A stretch of 64,000 nt of DNA from Eledone cirrhosa (taxonomy: Eukaryota), in assembly GCA_964016885.1 (NCBI GenBank), contig OZ024742.1, positions 320,788,001 through 320,852,000 of the forward strand, read 5' to 3'. Of this stretch, positions 1-14,100 are shown one piece after another (position 1 is the first letter of the stretch; each line of letters starts with the position of its first letter). A model generated the notes under the pieces. The model made no database searches, was not told the origin of the DNA, and saw only the letters and a list, made by a program, of their open reading frames with translations. A program made the position numbers and the translations under genes.

Positions 1-3000
1 TGGTATAGCTGTGGTGGTGTTGGCTGTGGTGGTGTTGGCTGTGGTGGTGTTGGCTGTGGTGGTGTTGGCTGTGGTGGTGTTGGCTGTAGTGGTATAGCTG
101 TGGTGGTGTTGGCTGTAGTGGTGTTGGCTGTGGTGGTGTTGGCTGTGGTGGTGTTGGCTGTGGTGGTGTTGGCTGTGGTGGTGTTGGCTGTAGTGGTATA
201 GCTGTGGTGGTGTTGGCTGTAGTGGTGATGGCTGTGGTGGTGTTGTCTGTGGTGGTACGGCTGTGGTGGTGTTGGCTGTGGTGGTGTTCGCTGTAGTGGT
301 GTTGGCTGTAGTTGTGTTGGCTGTAGTGGTGTTGGCTGTAGTGGTGTTGGCTGTGGTGGTGTTGGCTGTGGTGGTGTTGGCTGTAGTGGTGTTGGCTGTG
401 GTGGTGTTGGCTGTGGTGGTGTTGGTTGTGGTGGTGTTGGCTGTAGTGGTGTTGGCTGTGGTGATGTTGGCTGTGGTGGTGTTGGCTGTGGTGGTGTTGG
501 CTGTAGTGGTGTTGGCTGTGGTGGTGTTGGCTGTAGTGGTGTTGGCTGTGGTGGTGTTGGCTGTGGTGGTGTTGGCTGTGGTGGTGTTGGCTGTAGTGGT
601 GTTGGCTGTAGTGGTGTTGGCTGTAGTGGTACCGCTGTGGTGGTGTAGGCTGTAGTGGTGTTGGCTGTGGTGGTGTTGGCTGTAGTGGTACCGCTGTGGT
701 GGTGTAGGCTGTAGTGGTGTTGGCTGTGGTGGTGTTGGCTGTAGTGGTGTAGGCTGTAGTGGTATTGGCTGTAGTGGTACCGCTGTGGTGGTGTAGGCTG
801 TAGTGGTGTTGGCTGTGGTGGTGTAGGCTGTAGTGGTATTGGCTGTAGTGGTGTTGGCTGTGGTGGTATAGCTGTGGTGGTGTTGGCTGTGGTGGTGTTA
901 GCTGTAGTGGTGTTGGCTGCGGTGGTGTTGGCTGTGGTGGTGTTGTTGGCTGTAGTGGTGTTGGCTGTAGTGGTATAGCTGTGGTGGTGTTGGCTGTGGT
1001 GGTGTTGGCTGTGGTGGTGTTGTTGGCTGTAGTGGTGTTGGCTGTAGTGGTGTTGGCTGTGGTGGTGTTGGCTGTGGTGGTATAGCTGTAGTGGTGTTGG
1101 CTGTGGTGGTGTTAGCTGTAGTGGTGTTGGCTGCGGTGGTGTTGGCTGTAGTGGTGTTGGCTGTGGTGGTGTTGTTGGCTGTAGTGGTGTTGGCTGTAGT
1201 GGTGTTGGCTGTAGTGGTGTTGGCTGTGGTGGTATAGCTGTGGTGGTGTTGGCTGTGGTGGTGTTAGCTGTAGTGGTGTTGGCTGCGGTGGTGTTGGCTG
1301 TGGTGGTGTTGTTGGCTGTAGTGGTGTTGGCTGTAGTGGTATAGCTGTGGTGGTGTTGGCTGTGGTGGTGTTGGCTGTGGTGGTGTTGTTGGCTGTAGTG
1401 GTGTTGGCTGTAGTGGTGTTGGCTGTGGTGGTATAGCTGTGGTGGTGTTGGCTGTGGTGGTGTTAGCTGTAGTGGTGTTGGCTGCGGTGGTGTTGGCTGT
1501 GGTGGTGTTGTTGGCTGTAGTGGTGTTGGCTGTAGTGGTATAGCTGTGGTGGTGTTGGCTGTGGTGGTGTTGGCTGTGGTGGTGTTGTTGGCTGTAGTGG
1601 TGTTGGCTGTAGTGGTGTTGGCTGTGGTGGTGTTGGCTGTGGTGGTATAGCTGTAGTGGTGTTGGCTGTGGTGGTGTTAGCTGTAGTGGTGTTGGCTGCG
1701 GTGGTGTTGGCTGTAGTGGTGTTGGCTGTGGTGGTGTTGTTGGCTGTAGTGGTGTTGGCTGTAGTGGTGTTGGCTGTGGTGGTGTTGTTGGCTGTAGTGG
1801 TGTTGGCTGTAGTGGTGTTGGCTGTAGTGGTGTTGGTTGTAGTGGTGTTGGCTGTAGTGGTGTTGGCTGTGGTGGTGTTGGCTGTGGTGGTGTTGGTTGT
1901 GGTGGTGTTGGCTGTAGTGGTATAGCTGTGGTGGTGTAGGCTGTAGTGGTATAGCTGTGGTGGTGTTGGCTGTGGTGGTGTTGGCTGTAGTGGTATTGGC
2001 TGTGGTGGTGTTGGCTGTGGTCGTGTAGGCTGTAGTGGTGTTGGCTGTAGTGGTATAGCTGTGGTGGTGTTGGCTGTGGTGGTGTTGGCTGTAGTGGTAT
2101 AGCTGTGGTGGTGTTGGCTGTAGTGGTATAGCTGTGGTTGTGTTGGCTGTGGTGGTGTTGGCTGTAGTGGTGTTGGCTGTGGTGGTGTTGGCTGTGGTGG
2201 TGTTGGCTGTAGTGGTGTTGGCTGTGGTGGTGTTGGCTGTGGTGGTGTTGATTGTGGTGGTGTTGGCTGTAGTGGTGTTGGCTGTAGTGGTATAGCTGTG
2301 GTGGTGTTGGCTGTGGTGGTGTTGGCTGTGGTGGTGTTGGCTGTGGTGGTGTTGGTTGTGGTGGTGTTGGCTGTAGTGGTATAGCTGTGGTGGTGTTGGC
2401 TGTGGTGGTGTTGGCTGTGGTGGTGTTGGCTGTGGTGGTGTTGGCTGTGGTGGTGTTGGTTGTGGTGGTGTTGGCTGTAGTGGTGTTGGCTGTAGTGGTG
2501 TTGGCTGTGGTGGTGTTGGTTGTGGTGGTGTTGGCTGTAGTGGTGTTGGCTGTAGTGGTATTGGCTGTGGTGGTGTTGGCTGTGGTGGTGTTGGCTGTAG
2601 TGGTGTTGGCTGTGGTGGTCTTGGCTGTGGTGGTGTTGGCTGTAGTGGTGTTGGCTGTGGTGGTGTTGGCTGTGGTGGTGTTGGTTGTGGTGGTGTTGGC
2701 TGTAGTGGTATTGGCTGTAGTGGTATAGCTGTGGTGGTGTTGGCTGTGGTGGTGTTGGCTGTGGTGGTGTTGGCTGTAGTGGTGTTGGCTGTAGTGGTGT
2801 TGGCTGTAGTAGTGTTGGCTGTAGTGGTGTTGGCTGTAGTGGTGTTGGCTGCAGTGGTGTTGGCTGTGGTGGTGTTGGCTGCAGTGGTGTTGGCTGTGGT
2901 GGTGTTGGCTGTAGTGGTGTTGGATGTGGTGGTGTTGGCTGTAGTAGTGTTGGCTGTAGTGGTGTTGGCTGTAGTGGTGTTGGCTGTGGTGGTGTTGACT

Positions 3001-5130
3001 GTAGTGGTGTTGGCTGTAGTGGTGTTGGCTGTAGTGGTGTTGGCTGTAGTGGTGTTGGCTGTAGTGGTATTGGCTGTGGTGGTGTTGGCTGTGGTGGTGT
3101 TGGCTGTAGTGGTGTTGGCTGTGGTGGTGTTGGTTGTGGTGGTGTTGGCTGTAGTGGTGTTGGATGTGGTGGTGTTGGCTGTAGTAGTGTTGGCTGTAGT
3201 GGTGTTGGCTGTAGTGGTGTTGGCTGTGGTGGTGTTGACTGTAGTGGTGTTGGCTGTGGTGGTGTTGGCTGCAGTGGTGTTGGCTGTGGTGGTGTTGGCT
3301 GTAGTGGTGTTGGATGTGGTGGTGTTGGCTGTAGTAGTGTTGGCTGTAGTGGTGTTGGCTGTAGTGGTGTTGGCTGTGGTGGTGTTGACTGTAGTGGTGT
3401 TGGCTGTAGTGGTGTTGGCTGTAGTGGTGTTGGCTGTAGTGGTGTTGACTGTAGTGGTATTGGCTGTGGTGGTGTTGGCTGTGGTGGTGTTGGCTGTAGT
3501 GGTGTTGGCTGTGGTGGTGTTGGTTGTGGTGGTGTTGGCTGTAGTGGTGTTGGATGTGGTGGTGTTGGCTGTAGTAGTGTTGGCTGTAGTGGTGTTGGCT
3601 GTAGTGGTGTTGGCTGTGGTGGTGTTGGCTGCAGTGGTGTTGGCTGTGGTGGTGTTGGCTGTAGTGGTGTTGGATGTGGTGGTGTTGGCTGTAGTAGTGT
3701 TGGCTGTAGTGGTGTTGGCTGTAGTGGTGTTGGCTGTGGTGGTGTTGACTGTAGTGGTGTTGGCTGTAGTGGTGTTGGCTGTAGTGGTGTTGGCTGTAGT
3801 GGTGTTGGCTGTAGTGGTATTGGCTGTGGTGGTGTTGGCTGTGGTGGTGTTGGCTGTAGTGGTGTTGGCTGTGGTGGTGTTGGTTGTGGTGGTGTTGGCT
3901 GTAGTGGTGTTGGCTGTAGTGGTATTGGCTGTGGTGGTGTTGGCTGTGGTGGTGTTGGCTGTAGTGGTGTTGGCTGCGGTGGTCTTGGCTGTGGTGGTGT
4001 TGGCTGTAGTGGTGTTGGCTGTGGTGGTGTTGGCTGTGGTGGTGTTGGTTGTGGTGGTGTTGGCTGTAGTGGTATTGGCTGTAGTGGTATAGCTGTGGTG
4101 GTGTTGGCTGTGGTGGTGTTGGCTGTGGTGGTGTTGGCTGTAGTGGTGTTGGCTGTAGTGGTGTTGGCTGTAGTAGTGTTGGCTGTAGTGGTGTTGGCTG
4201 TAGTGGTGTTGGCTGCAGTGGTGTTGGCTGTGGTGGTGTTGGCTGCAGTGGTGTTGGCTGTGGTGGTGTTGGCTGTAGTGGTGTTGGATGTGGTGGTGTT
4301 GGCTGTAGTAGTGTTGGCTGTAGTGGTGTTGGCTGTAGTGGTGTTGGCTGTGGTGGTGTTGACTGTAGTGGTGTTGGCTGTAGTGGTGTTGGCTGTAGTG
4401 GTGTTGGCTGTAGTGGTGTTGGCTGTAGTGGTGTTGGCTGTAGTGGTGTTGGCTGTAGTGGTGTTGGCTGTGGTGGTGTTGGCTGTAGTGGTGTTGGCTG
4501 TGGTGGTGTTGGCTGTGGTGGTGTTGGTTGTGGTGGTGTTGGCTGTAGTGGTGTTGGCTGTAGTGGTGTTGGCTGTAGTGGTGTTGGCTGTAGTGGTGTT
4601 GGCTGTAGTTGTACCGCTGTGGTGGTGTAGGCTGTAGTGGTATAGTTGTGGTGGTGTAGGCTGTAGTGGTACCGCTGTGGTGGTGTAGGCTGTAGTGGTA
4701 TAGCTGAGGTGGTGTTGGCTGTGGTGGTGTTGGCTGTAGTGGTGTTGGCGGTAGTGGTGTTGGCTGTAGTGGTACCGCTGTGGTGGTGTAGGCTGTAGTG
4801 GTATAGCTGTGGTGGTGTAGGCTGTAGTGGTATAGCTGAGGTGGTGTTGGCTGTGGTGGTGTAGGCTGTAGTGGTATAGCTGTGGTGGTGTTGGCTGTAG
4901 TGGTATAGCTGTGGTGGTGTTGGCTGTAGTGGTATAGCTGTGGTGGTGTTGGCTGTGGTGGTGTTGGCTGTAGTGGTGTTGGCTGTAGTGGTACCGCTGT
5001 GGTGGTGTTGGCTGTAGTGGTACCGCTGTGGTGGTGTTGGCTGTAGTGGTATAGCTAAGGTGGTGTTGGCTATGCTGGTATTGGCTGTGGTGGTGTTGGC
5101 TGTAGTGGTGTTGGCGGTAGTGGTATAGCT
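1..5130. repeat. 15-bp minisatellite (GTRGTGGTGTTGGCT)n with recurrent 14-bp variants (GTAGTGGTATAGCT, GTAGTGGTACCGCT); runs off the left edge of the window
   Basis: Tandem units read directly. Internal block duplications are visible, e.g. the block starting about 2729 recurs at about 4093. Confidence 0.97.
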
Positions 5131-8100
5131 GTGGTGGTGTTGATGGCTGTGGTGGTGTTGATGGCTGTGGTGGTGTTGATGGCTGTGGTGGTGTTGATGG
5201 CTGTGGTGGTGTTGATGGCTGTGGTGGTGTTGATGGTTGTGGTGGTGTTGATGGCTGTGGTGGTGTTGGTTGTGGTGGTGTTGATGGCTGTGGTGGTGTT
5301 GATGGCTGTGGTGGTGTTGATGGCTGTGGTGGTGTTGATGGCTGTGGTGGTGTTGATGGCTGTGGTGGTGTTGATGGTTGTGGTGGTGTTGATGGTTGTG
5401 GTGGTGTTGATGGCTGTGGTGGTGTTGATGGTTGTGGTGGTGTTGATGGCTGTGGTGGTGTTGATGGCTGTGGTGGTGTTGGTTGTGGTGGTGTTGATGG
5501 CTGTGGTGGTGTTGATGGCTGTGGTGGTGTTGATGGTTGTGGTGGTGTTGATGGCTGTGGTGGTGTTGGTTGTGGTGGTGTTGATGGTTGTGGTGGTGTT
5601 GATGGTTGTGGTGGTGTTGATGGCTGTGGTGGTGTTGATGGTTGTGGTGGTGTTGATGGTTGTGGTGGTGTTGGTTGTGGTGGTGTTGATGGTTGTGGTG
5701 GTGTTGATGGCTGTGGTGGTGTTGGTTGTGGTGGTGTTGATGGCTGTGGTGGTGTTGGTTGTGGTGGTGTTGATGGCTGTGGTGGTGTTGATGGCTGTGG
5801 TGGTGTTGATGGCTGTGGTGGTGTTGATGGCTGTGGTGGTGTTGATGGCTGTGGTGGTGTTGATGGTTGTGGTGGTGTTGATGGTTGTGGTGGTGTTGAT
5901 GGTTGTGGTGGTGTTGGTTGTGGTGGTGTTGATGGCTGTGGTGGTGTTGATGGCTGTGGTGGTGTTGATGGTTGTGGTGGTGTTGATGGCTGTGGTGGTG
6001 TTGATGGCTGTGGTGGTGTTGATGGCTGTGGTGGTGTTGATGGCTGTGGTGCTGTTGGTTGTGGTGGTGTTGATGGCTGTGGTGGTGTTGATGGCTGTGG
6101 TGGTGTTGATGGTTGTGGTGGTGTTGGTTGTGGTGGTGTTGATGGTTGTGGTGGTGTTGATGGCTGTGGTGGTGTTGATGGTTGTGGTGGTGTTGGTTGT
6201 GGTGCTGTTGATGGTTGTGGTGGTGTTGATGGCTGTGGTGGTGTTGATGGTTGTGGTGTTGATGGCTGTGGGTTGTTGATGGCTGTGGTGGTGTTGATGG
6301 CTGTGGTGGTGTTGATGGCTGTGGTGGTGTTGATGGTTGTGGTGGTGTTGATGGTTGTGCTGGTGTCGATGGCTGTGGTGGTGTTGATGGCTGTGGTGGT
6401 GTTGATGGTTGTGGTGGTGTTGATGGCTGCGGTGGTGTTGATGGCTGTGGTGGTGTTGATGGCTGTGGTGGTGTTGATGGCTGTGGTGGTGTTGATGGCT
6501 GTGGTGGTGTTGATGGCTGTGGTGGTGTTGATGCTTGTGGTGGTGTTGATGGCTGTGGTGGTGTTGATGGCTGTGGTGGTGTTGATGGCTGTGGTGGTGT
6601 TGATGGCTGTGGTGGTGTTGATGGCTGTGGTGGTGTTGATGGCTGTGGTGGTGTTGATGGCTGTGGTGGTGTTGATGGTTGTGGTGGTGTTGATGTTTGT
6701 GGTGGTGTTGATGGTTGTGGTGGTGTTGGTTGTGGTGGTGTTGATGACTGTGGTGGTGTTGATGACTGTGGTGGTGTTGATGGCTGTGGTGGTGTTGATG
6801 GTTGTGCTGGTGTTGATGACTGTGGTGGTGTTGATGGCTGTGGTGGTGTTGATGGCTGTGGTGGTGTTGATGGTTGTGGTGGTGTTGATGACTGTGGTGG
6901 TGTTGATGACTGTGGTGGTGTTGATGGCTGTGGTGGTGTTGATGGCTGTGGTGGTGTTGATGGTTGTGGTGGTGTTGGTTGTGGTGGTGTTGATGGCTGT
7001 GGTGGAGTTGATGGTTGTGGTGGTGTTGATGGCTGTGGTGGTGTTGATGGTTGTGGTGGTGTTGATGGCTGTGGTGGTGTTGATGACTGTGGTGGTGTTG
7101 ATGGTTGTGGTGGTGTTGATGGCTGTGGTGGTGTTGATGGCTGCGGTGGTGTTGGTTGTGGTGGTATTGATGGCTGTGGTGGTGTTGATGACTGTGGTGG
7201 TGTTGATGGTTGTGGTGGTGTTGATGGCTGTGGTGGTGTTGATGGTTGTGGTGGTGTTGGTTGTGGTGGTGTTGGTTGTGGTGGTGTTGATGGCTGTGGT
7301 GGTGTTGATGGTTGTGGTGGTGTTGATGGTTGTGGTGGTGTTGATGGTTGTGGTGGTGTTGATGGTTGTGGTGGTGTTGATGGCTGTGGTGGTGTTGATG
7401 GTTGTGGTGGTGTTGATGGCTGTGGTGGTGTTGATGTCTGTGGTGTTATTGATTGCTGTGGTGGTGTTGATGACTGTGGTGGTGTTGATGGTTGTGGTGG
7501 TGTTGATGGTTGTGGTGGTGTTGATGGTTGTGGTGGTGTTGATGGTTGTGGCGGTATTGATGGCTGTGGTGGTGTTGATGGCTGTGGTGTTATTGATTGC
7601 TGTGGTGGTGTTGATGACTGTGGTGGTGTTGATGGTTGTGGTGGTGTTGATGGTTGTGGTGGTGTTGATGGTTGTGGTGGTGTTGATGGTTGTGGTGGTG
7701 TTGATGGTTGTGGTGGTGTTGGTTGTGGTGGTGTTGATGGTTGTGGTGGTGTTGATGGCTGTGGTGGTGTTGATGGTTGTGGCGGTATTGATGGCTGTGG
7801 CGGTATTGATGGCTGTGGTGGTGTTGATGGCTGTGGTGGTGTTGATGGTTGTGGTGGTGTTGATGGCTGTGGTGGTATTGATGGCTGTGGTGGTGTTGAT
7901 GGCTGTGGTGGTGTTGGTTGTGGTGGTGTTGATGGTTGTGGTGGTGTTGATGGCTGTGGTGGTGTTGATGGCTGTGGTGGTGTTGATGGTTGTGGTGGTG
8001 TTGATGGCTGTGGTGGTGTTGATGGTTGTGGTGGTGTTGATGGTTGTGGTGGTGTTGATGGCTGTGGTGGTATTGATGGCTGTGGTGGTGTTGATGGCTG

Positions 8101-11100
8101 TGGTGGTGTTGATGGCTGTGGTGGTGTTGATGGTTGTGGTGGTGTTGATGGTTGTGGTGGTGTTGATGGTTGTGGCGGTATTGATGGCTGTGGCGGTGTT
8201 GATGGCTGTGGTGGTGTTGATGGCTGTGGTGGTGTTGATGGTTGTGGTGGTGTTGATGGCTGTGGTGGTGTTGATGGTTGTGGTGGTGTTGATAGCTGTG
8301 GTGGTGTTGATGGCTGTGGTGGTGTTGATGGCTGTGGTGGTGTTGATGGTTGTGGTGGTGTTGGTTGTGGTGGTGTTGATGGCTGTGGTGGTGTTGATGG
8401 TTGTGGTGGTGTTGATGGTTGTGGTGGTGTTGATGGCTGTGGTGGTGTTGATGGCTGTGGTGGTGTTGATGGCTGTGGTGGTGTTGATGGTTGTGGTGGT
8501 GTTGATGGTTGTGGCGGTATTGATGGCTGTGGCGGTGTTGATGGCTGTGGTGGTGTTGATGGCTGTGGTGGTGTTGATGGTTGTGGTGGTGTTGATGGCT
8601 GTGGTGGTGTTGATGGCTGTGGTGGTGTTGATGGATGTGGTGGTGTTGATGGTTGTGGTGGTGTTGATAGCTGTGGTGGTGTTGATGGCTGTGGTGGTGT
8701 TGATGGCTGTGGTGGTGTTGATGGTTGTGGTGGTGTTGATGGTTGTGGTGGTGTTGATGGCTGTGGTGGTGTTGATGGCTGTGGTGGTGTTGATGGCTGT
8801 GGTGGTGTTGATGGTTGTGGTGGTGTTGATGGTTGTGGCGGTATTGATGGCTGTGGCGGTGTTGATGGCTGTGGTGGTGTTGATGGCTGTGGTGGTGTTG
8901 ATGGTTGTGGTGGTGTTGATGGCTGTGGTGGTGTTGATGGTTGTGGTGGTGTTGATAGCTGTGGTGGTGTTGATGGCTGTGGTGGTGTTGATGGCTGTGG
9001 TGGTGTTGATGGTTGTGGTGGTGTTGATGGTTGTGGTGGTGTTGATGGCTGTGGTGGTGTTGATGGCTGTGGTGGTGTTGATGGTTGTGGTGGTGTTGAT
9101 GGTTGTGGTGGTGTTGATGGTTGTGGTGGTGTTGATGGTTATGGTTGTGATGATGGCTGTGGTGGTGTTGATGGTTGTGGTGGTGTTGATGGTTGTGGTG
9201 GTGTTGATGGTTGTGGTGGTGTTGATGGCTGTGGTGGTGTTGATGGTTGTGGTGGTGTTGATGGCTGTGGTGGTGTTGATGGTTGTGGTGGTGTTGATGG
9301 CCGTGGTGGTGTTGATGGCTGTGGTGGTGTTGATGGCTGTGGTGGTGTTGATGGTTGTGGCGGTGTTGATGGCTGTAGTGGTGTTGATGGCTGTGGTGGT
9401 GTTGATGGTTGTGGTGGTGTTGATGGCCGTGGTGGTGTTGATGGCCGTGGTGGTGTTGATGGCTGTGGTGGTGTTGATGGCTGTGGTGGTGTTGATGGTT
9501 GTGGTGGTGTTGATAGTTGTGGCGGTGTTGATGGCTGTGGTGGTGTTGATGGCTGTGGTGGTGTTGATGGTTGTGGTGGTGTTGATGGCTGTGGTGGTGT
9601 TGATGGCTGTGGTGGTGTTGATGGCTGTGGTGGTGTTGATGGTTGTGGTGGTGTTGATGGTTGTGGTGGTGTTGATGGTTGTGGTGGTGTTGATGGCTGT
9701 GGTGGTGTTGATGGTTGTGGTGGTGTTGATGGTTGTGGTGGTGTTGATGGTTGTGGTGGTGTTGATGGTTGTGGCGGTGTTGATGGTTGTGGTTGTGTTG
9801 ATGGCTGTGGTGGTGTTGATGGCTGTGGTGGTGTTGATGGTTGTGGCGGTGTTGATGGTTGTGGTGGTGTTGATGGTTGTGGTTGTGTTGATGGCTGTGG
9901 TGGTGTTGATGGCTGTGGTGGTGTTGATGGTTGTGGTGGTGTTGATGGTTGTGGTGGTGTTGATGGTTGTGGTTGTGTTGATGGCTGTGGTGGTGTTGAT
10001 GGCTGTGGTGGTGTTGATGGTTGTGGTGGTGTTGATGGTTGTGGTGGTGTTGATGGTTGTGGCGGTGTTGATGGTTGTGGTTGTGTTGATGGCTGCGGTG
10101 GTGTTGATGGCTGTGGTGGTGTTGATGGTTGTGGTGGTGTTGATGGTTGTGGTGGTGTTGATGGTTGTGGCGGTGTTGATGGTTGTGGTTGTGTTGATGG
10201 CTGTGGTGGTGTTGGTTGTGGCGGTATTGATGGCTGTGGTGGTGTTGATGGCTGTGGTGGTGTTGATGGTTGTGGTGGTGTTGATGGCTGTGGTGGTGTT
10301 GATGGCTGTGGTGGTGTTGATGGTTGTGGTGGTGTTGATGGTTGTGCTGGTGTTGATGGTTGTGGAGGTGTTGATGGCTGTGGTGGTGTTGATGGCTGTG
10401 GTGGTGTTGATGGCTGTGGTGGTGTTGATGGCTGTGGTGGTGTTGATGGCTGTGGTGGTGTTGATGGCTGTGGCGGTGTTGGTTGTGGTGGTATTGATGG
10501 TTGTGGTGGTGTTGATGGCTGTGGTGGTGTTGATGGTTGTGGTGGTGTTGATGGTTGTGGTGGTGCTGATGGTTGTGGTGGTGTTGGTTGTGGTGGTGTT
10601 GATGGTTGTGGTGGTGTTGATGGCTGTGGTGATGTTGATGGTTGTGGTGGTGTTGGTTGTGGTGGTGTTGATGGTTGTGGTGGTGTTGATGGCTGTGGTG
10701 GTGTTGATGGTTGTGGTGGTGTTGATGGCTGTGGTGGTGTTGATGGTTGTGGTGGTGTTGGTTGTGGTGGTGTTGATGGTTGTAGTGGTGTTGATGGCTG
10801 TGGTGGTGTTGATGGTTGTGGTGGTGTTGGTTGTGGTGGTGTTGATGGTTGTGGTGGTGTTGATGGTTGTGGTGTTGATGGTTGTGGTGGTGTTGATGGC
10901 TGTGGTGGTGTTGGTTGTGGTGGTGTTGATGGTTGTGGTGTTGTTGATGGCTGTGGTGGTGTTGATGGTTGTGGCGGTATTGATGGCTGTGGTGGTGTTG
11001 ATGGTTGTGGTGGTGTTGATGGCTGTGCTGGTGTTGATGGCTGTGGTGGTGTTGATGGCTGTGGTGGTGTTGATGGTTGTGGTGGTGTTGATGGTTGTGG

Positions 11101-14100
11101 TGGTGTTGATGACTGTGGTGGTGTTGGTTGTGGCGGTATTGATGGCAGTGGTGGTGTTGATGGTTGTGGTGGTGTTGATGGTTGTGGTGTTGTTGATGAC
11201 TGTGGTGGTGTTGGTTGTGGCGGTATTGATGGCTGTGGTGGTGTTGATGGCTGTGGTGGTGTTGATGGTTGTGGTGGTGTTGGTTGTGGTGGTGTTGATG
11301 GCTGTGGTGGTGTTGATTGTTGTGGTGGTGTTGGTTGTGGTGGTGTTGATGGTTGTGGTGTTGTTGATGGCTGTGGTGGTGTTGATGGTTGTGGCGGTAT
11401 TGATGGCTGTGGTGGTGTTGATGGTTGTGGTGGTGTTGATGGCTGTGCTGGTGTTGATGGCTGTGGTGGTGTTGATGGCTGTGGTGGTGTTGATGGTTGT
11501 GGTGGTGTTGATGGTTGTGGTGGTGTTGATGGTTGTGGTGGTGTTGATGGTTGTGGCGGTATTGATGGCTGTGGTGGTGTTGATGGCTGTGGCGGTGTTG
11601 ATGGTTGTGGTGGTGTTGATGGTTGTGGTGGTGTTGATGGCTGTGGTGGTGTTGATGGCTGTGGTGGTGTTGATGGTTGTGGTGGTGTTGATGGTTGTGG
11701 TGGTGTTGATGGTTGTGGTGGTGTTGATGGTTGTGGCGGTATTGATGGGGTGGTGTTGATGGCTGTGGCGGTGTTGATGGTTGTGGTGGTGTTGATGGTT
11801 GTGGTGGTGTTGATGGCTGTGGTGGTGTTGATGGTTGTGGTGGTGATGGTTGTGGTGGTGTTGATGGCTGTGGTGGTGTTGATGGTTGTGGTGGTGTTGA
11901 TGGTTGTGGTGGTGTTGATGGCTGTGGTGGTGTTGATGGCTGTGGTGGTGTTGATGGTTGTGGTGGTGTTGATGGCTGTGGTGGTGTTGATGGTTGTGGT
12001 GGTGTTGATGGCTGTGGTGGTGTTGATGGTTGTGGCGGTATTGATGGCTGTGGTGGTGTTGATGGCTGTGGTGGTGTTGATGGCTGTGGTGGTGTTGATG
12101 GCTGTGGTGGTGTTGATGGATGTGGTGGTGTTGATGGCTGTGGTGGTGTTGATGGCTGTGGTGGTGTTGATGGTTGTGGTGGTGTTGATGGCTGTGGTGG
12201 TGTTGATGGTTGTGGTGGTGTTGATGACTGTGGTGGTGTTGATGCTTGTGGTGGTGTTGATGGCTGTGGTGGTGTTGAGGGCTGTGGTGGTGTTGATGGC
12301 TGTGGTGGTGTTGATGGCTGTGGTGGTGTTGATGGCTGTGGTGGTGTTGGTTGTGGTGGTGTTGATGGCTGTGGTGGTGTTGATGGCTGTGGTGGTGTTG
12401 ATGGCTGTGGTGGTGTTGGTTGTGGTGGTGTTGATGGCTGTGGTGGTGTTGATGGCTGTGGTGGTGTTGATTGCTGTGGTGGTGTTGATGGTTGTGGTGG
12501 TGTTGATGGCTGTGGTGGTGTTGATGGTTGTGGTGGTGTTGATGGCTGTGGTGGTGTTGATGGCTGTGGTGGTGTTGATGGCTGTGGTGGTGTTGATGGC
12601 TGTGGTGGTGTTGGTTGTGGCGGTATTGATGGTTGTGGTGATGTTGATGGCTGTGGTGGTGTTGATGGTTGTGGTGGTGTTGGTTGTGGTGGTGTTGATG
12701 GCTGTGGTGGTGTTGATGGTTGTTGTGGTGTTGGTTGTGGTGGTGTTGATGGTTGTGGTGTTGTTGATGGCTGTGGTGGTGTTGACGGTTGTGGCGGTAT
12801 TGATGGCTGTGGTGGTGTTGATGGCTGTGGTGGTGTTGATGGTTGTGGTGGTGTTGATGGTTGTGGTGGTGTTGATGGTTGTGGTGGTGTTGATGGTTGT
12901 GGCGGTATTGATGGCTGTGGTGGTGTTGATGGCTGTGGCGGTCTTGATGGTTGTGGTGGTGTTGATGGTTGTGGTGGTGTTGATGGCTGTGGTGGTGTTG
13001 ATGGCTGTGGTGGTGTTGATGGTTGTGGCGGTATTGATGGCTGTGGTGGTGTTGATGGCTGTGGTGGTGTTGATGGTTGTGGTGGTGTTGATGGTTGTGG
13101 TGGTGTTGATGGTTGTGGTAGTGTTGATGGTTGTGGTGGTGTTGATGGTTGTGGTGGTGTTGATGGCTGTGGTGGTGTTGATGGTTGTGGTGGTGTTGAT
13201 GGTTGTGGTGGTGTTGATGGCTGTGGTGGTGTTGATGGTTGTGGTGGTGTTGATGGTTGTGGTGGTGTTGATGGTTGTGGTGGTGTTGATGGCTGTGGTG
13301 GTGTTGATGGTTGTGGTGGTGTTGGTTGTGGTGGTGTTGATGGCTGTGGTGGTGTTGATGGCTGTGGTGGTGTTGATGGTTGTGGTGGTGTTGATGGTTT
13401 TGGCGGTATTGATGGCTGTGGTGGTGTTGATGGCTGTGGCGGTGTTGATGGTTGTGGTGGTGTTGATGGTTGTGGTGGTGTTGATGGTTGTGGTGGTGTT
13501 GATGGTTGTGGTGGTGTTGATGTCTGTGGTGGTGTTGATGGTTGTGGTGGTGTTGATGGCTGTGGTGGTGTTGGTTGTGGCGGTATTGTTGGCTGTGGTG
13601 GTGTTGATGGCTGTGGCGGTCTTGATGGTTGTGGTGGTGTTGATGGTTGTGGTGGTGTTGATGGCTGTGGTGGTGTTGATGGTTGTGGTGGTGTTGATGG
13701 CTGTGGTGGTGTTGATGGCTGTGGTGGTGTTGATGGTTTTGGCGGTATTGATGGCTGTGGTGGTGTTGATGGCTGTGGCGGTGTTGATGGTTGTGGTGGT
13801 GTTGATGGTTGTGGTGGTGTTGATGGTTGTGGTGGTGTCGATGGCTGTGGTGGTGTTGATGGTTGTGGCGGTATTGATGGCTGTGGTGGTGTTGATGGCT
13901 GTGGCGGTGTTGATGGTTGTGGTGGTGTTGATGGTTGTGGTGGTGTTGATGGTTGTGGTGGTGTTGATGGTTGTGGTGGTGTTGATGGCTGTGGTGGTGT
14001 TGATGGTTGTGGTGGTGTTGTTGGCTGTGGTGGTGTTGGTTGTGGCGGTATTGATGGTTGTGGTGGTGTTGATGGCTGTGGTGGTGTTGATGGTTGTGGT

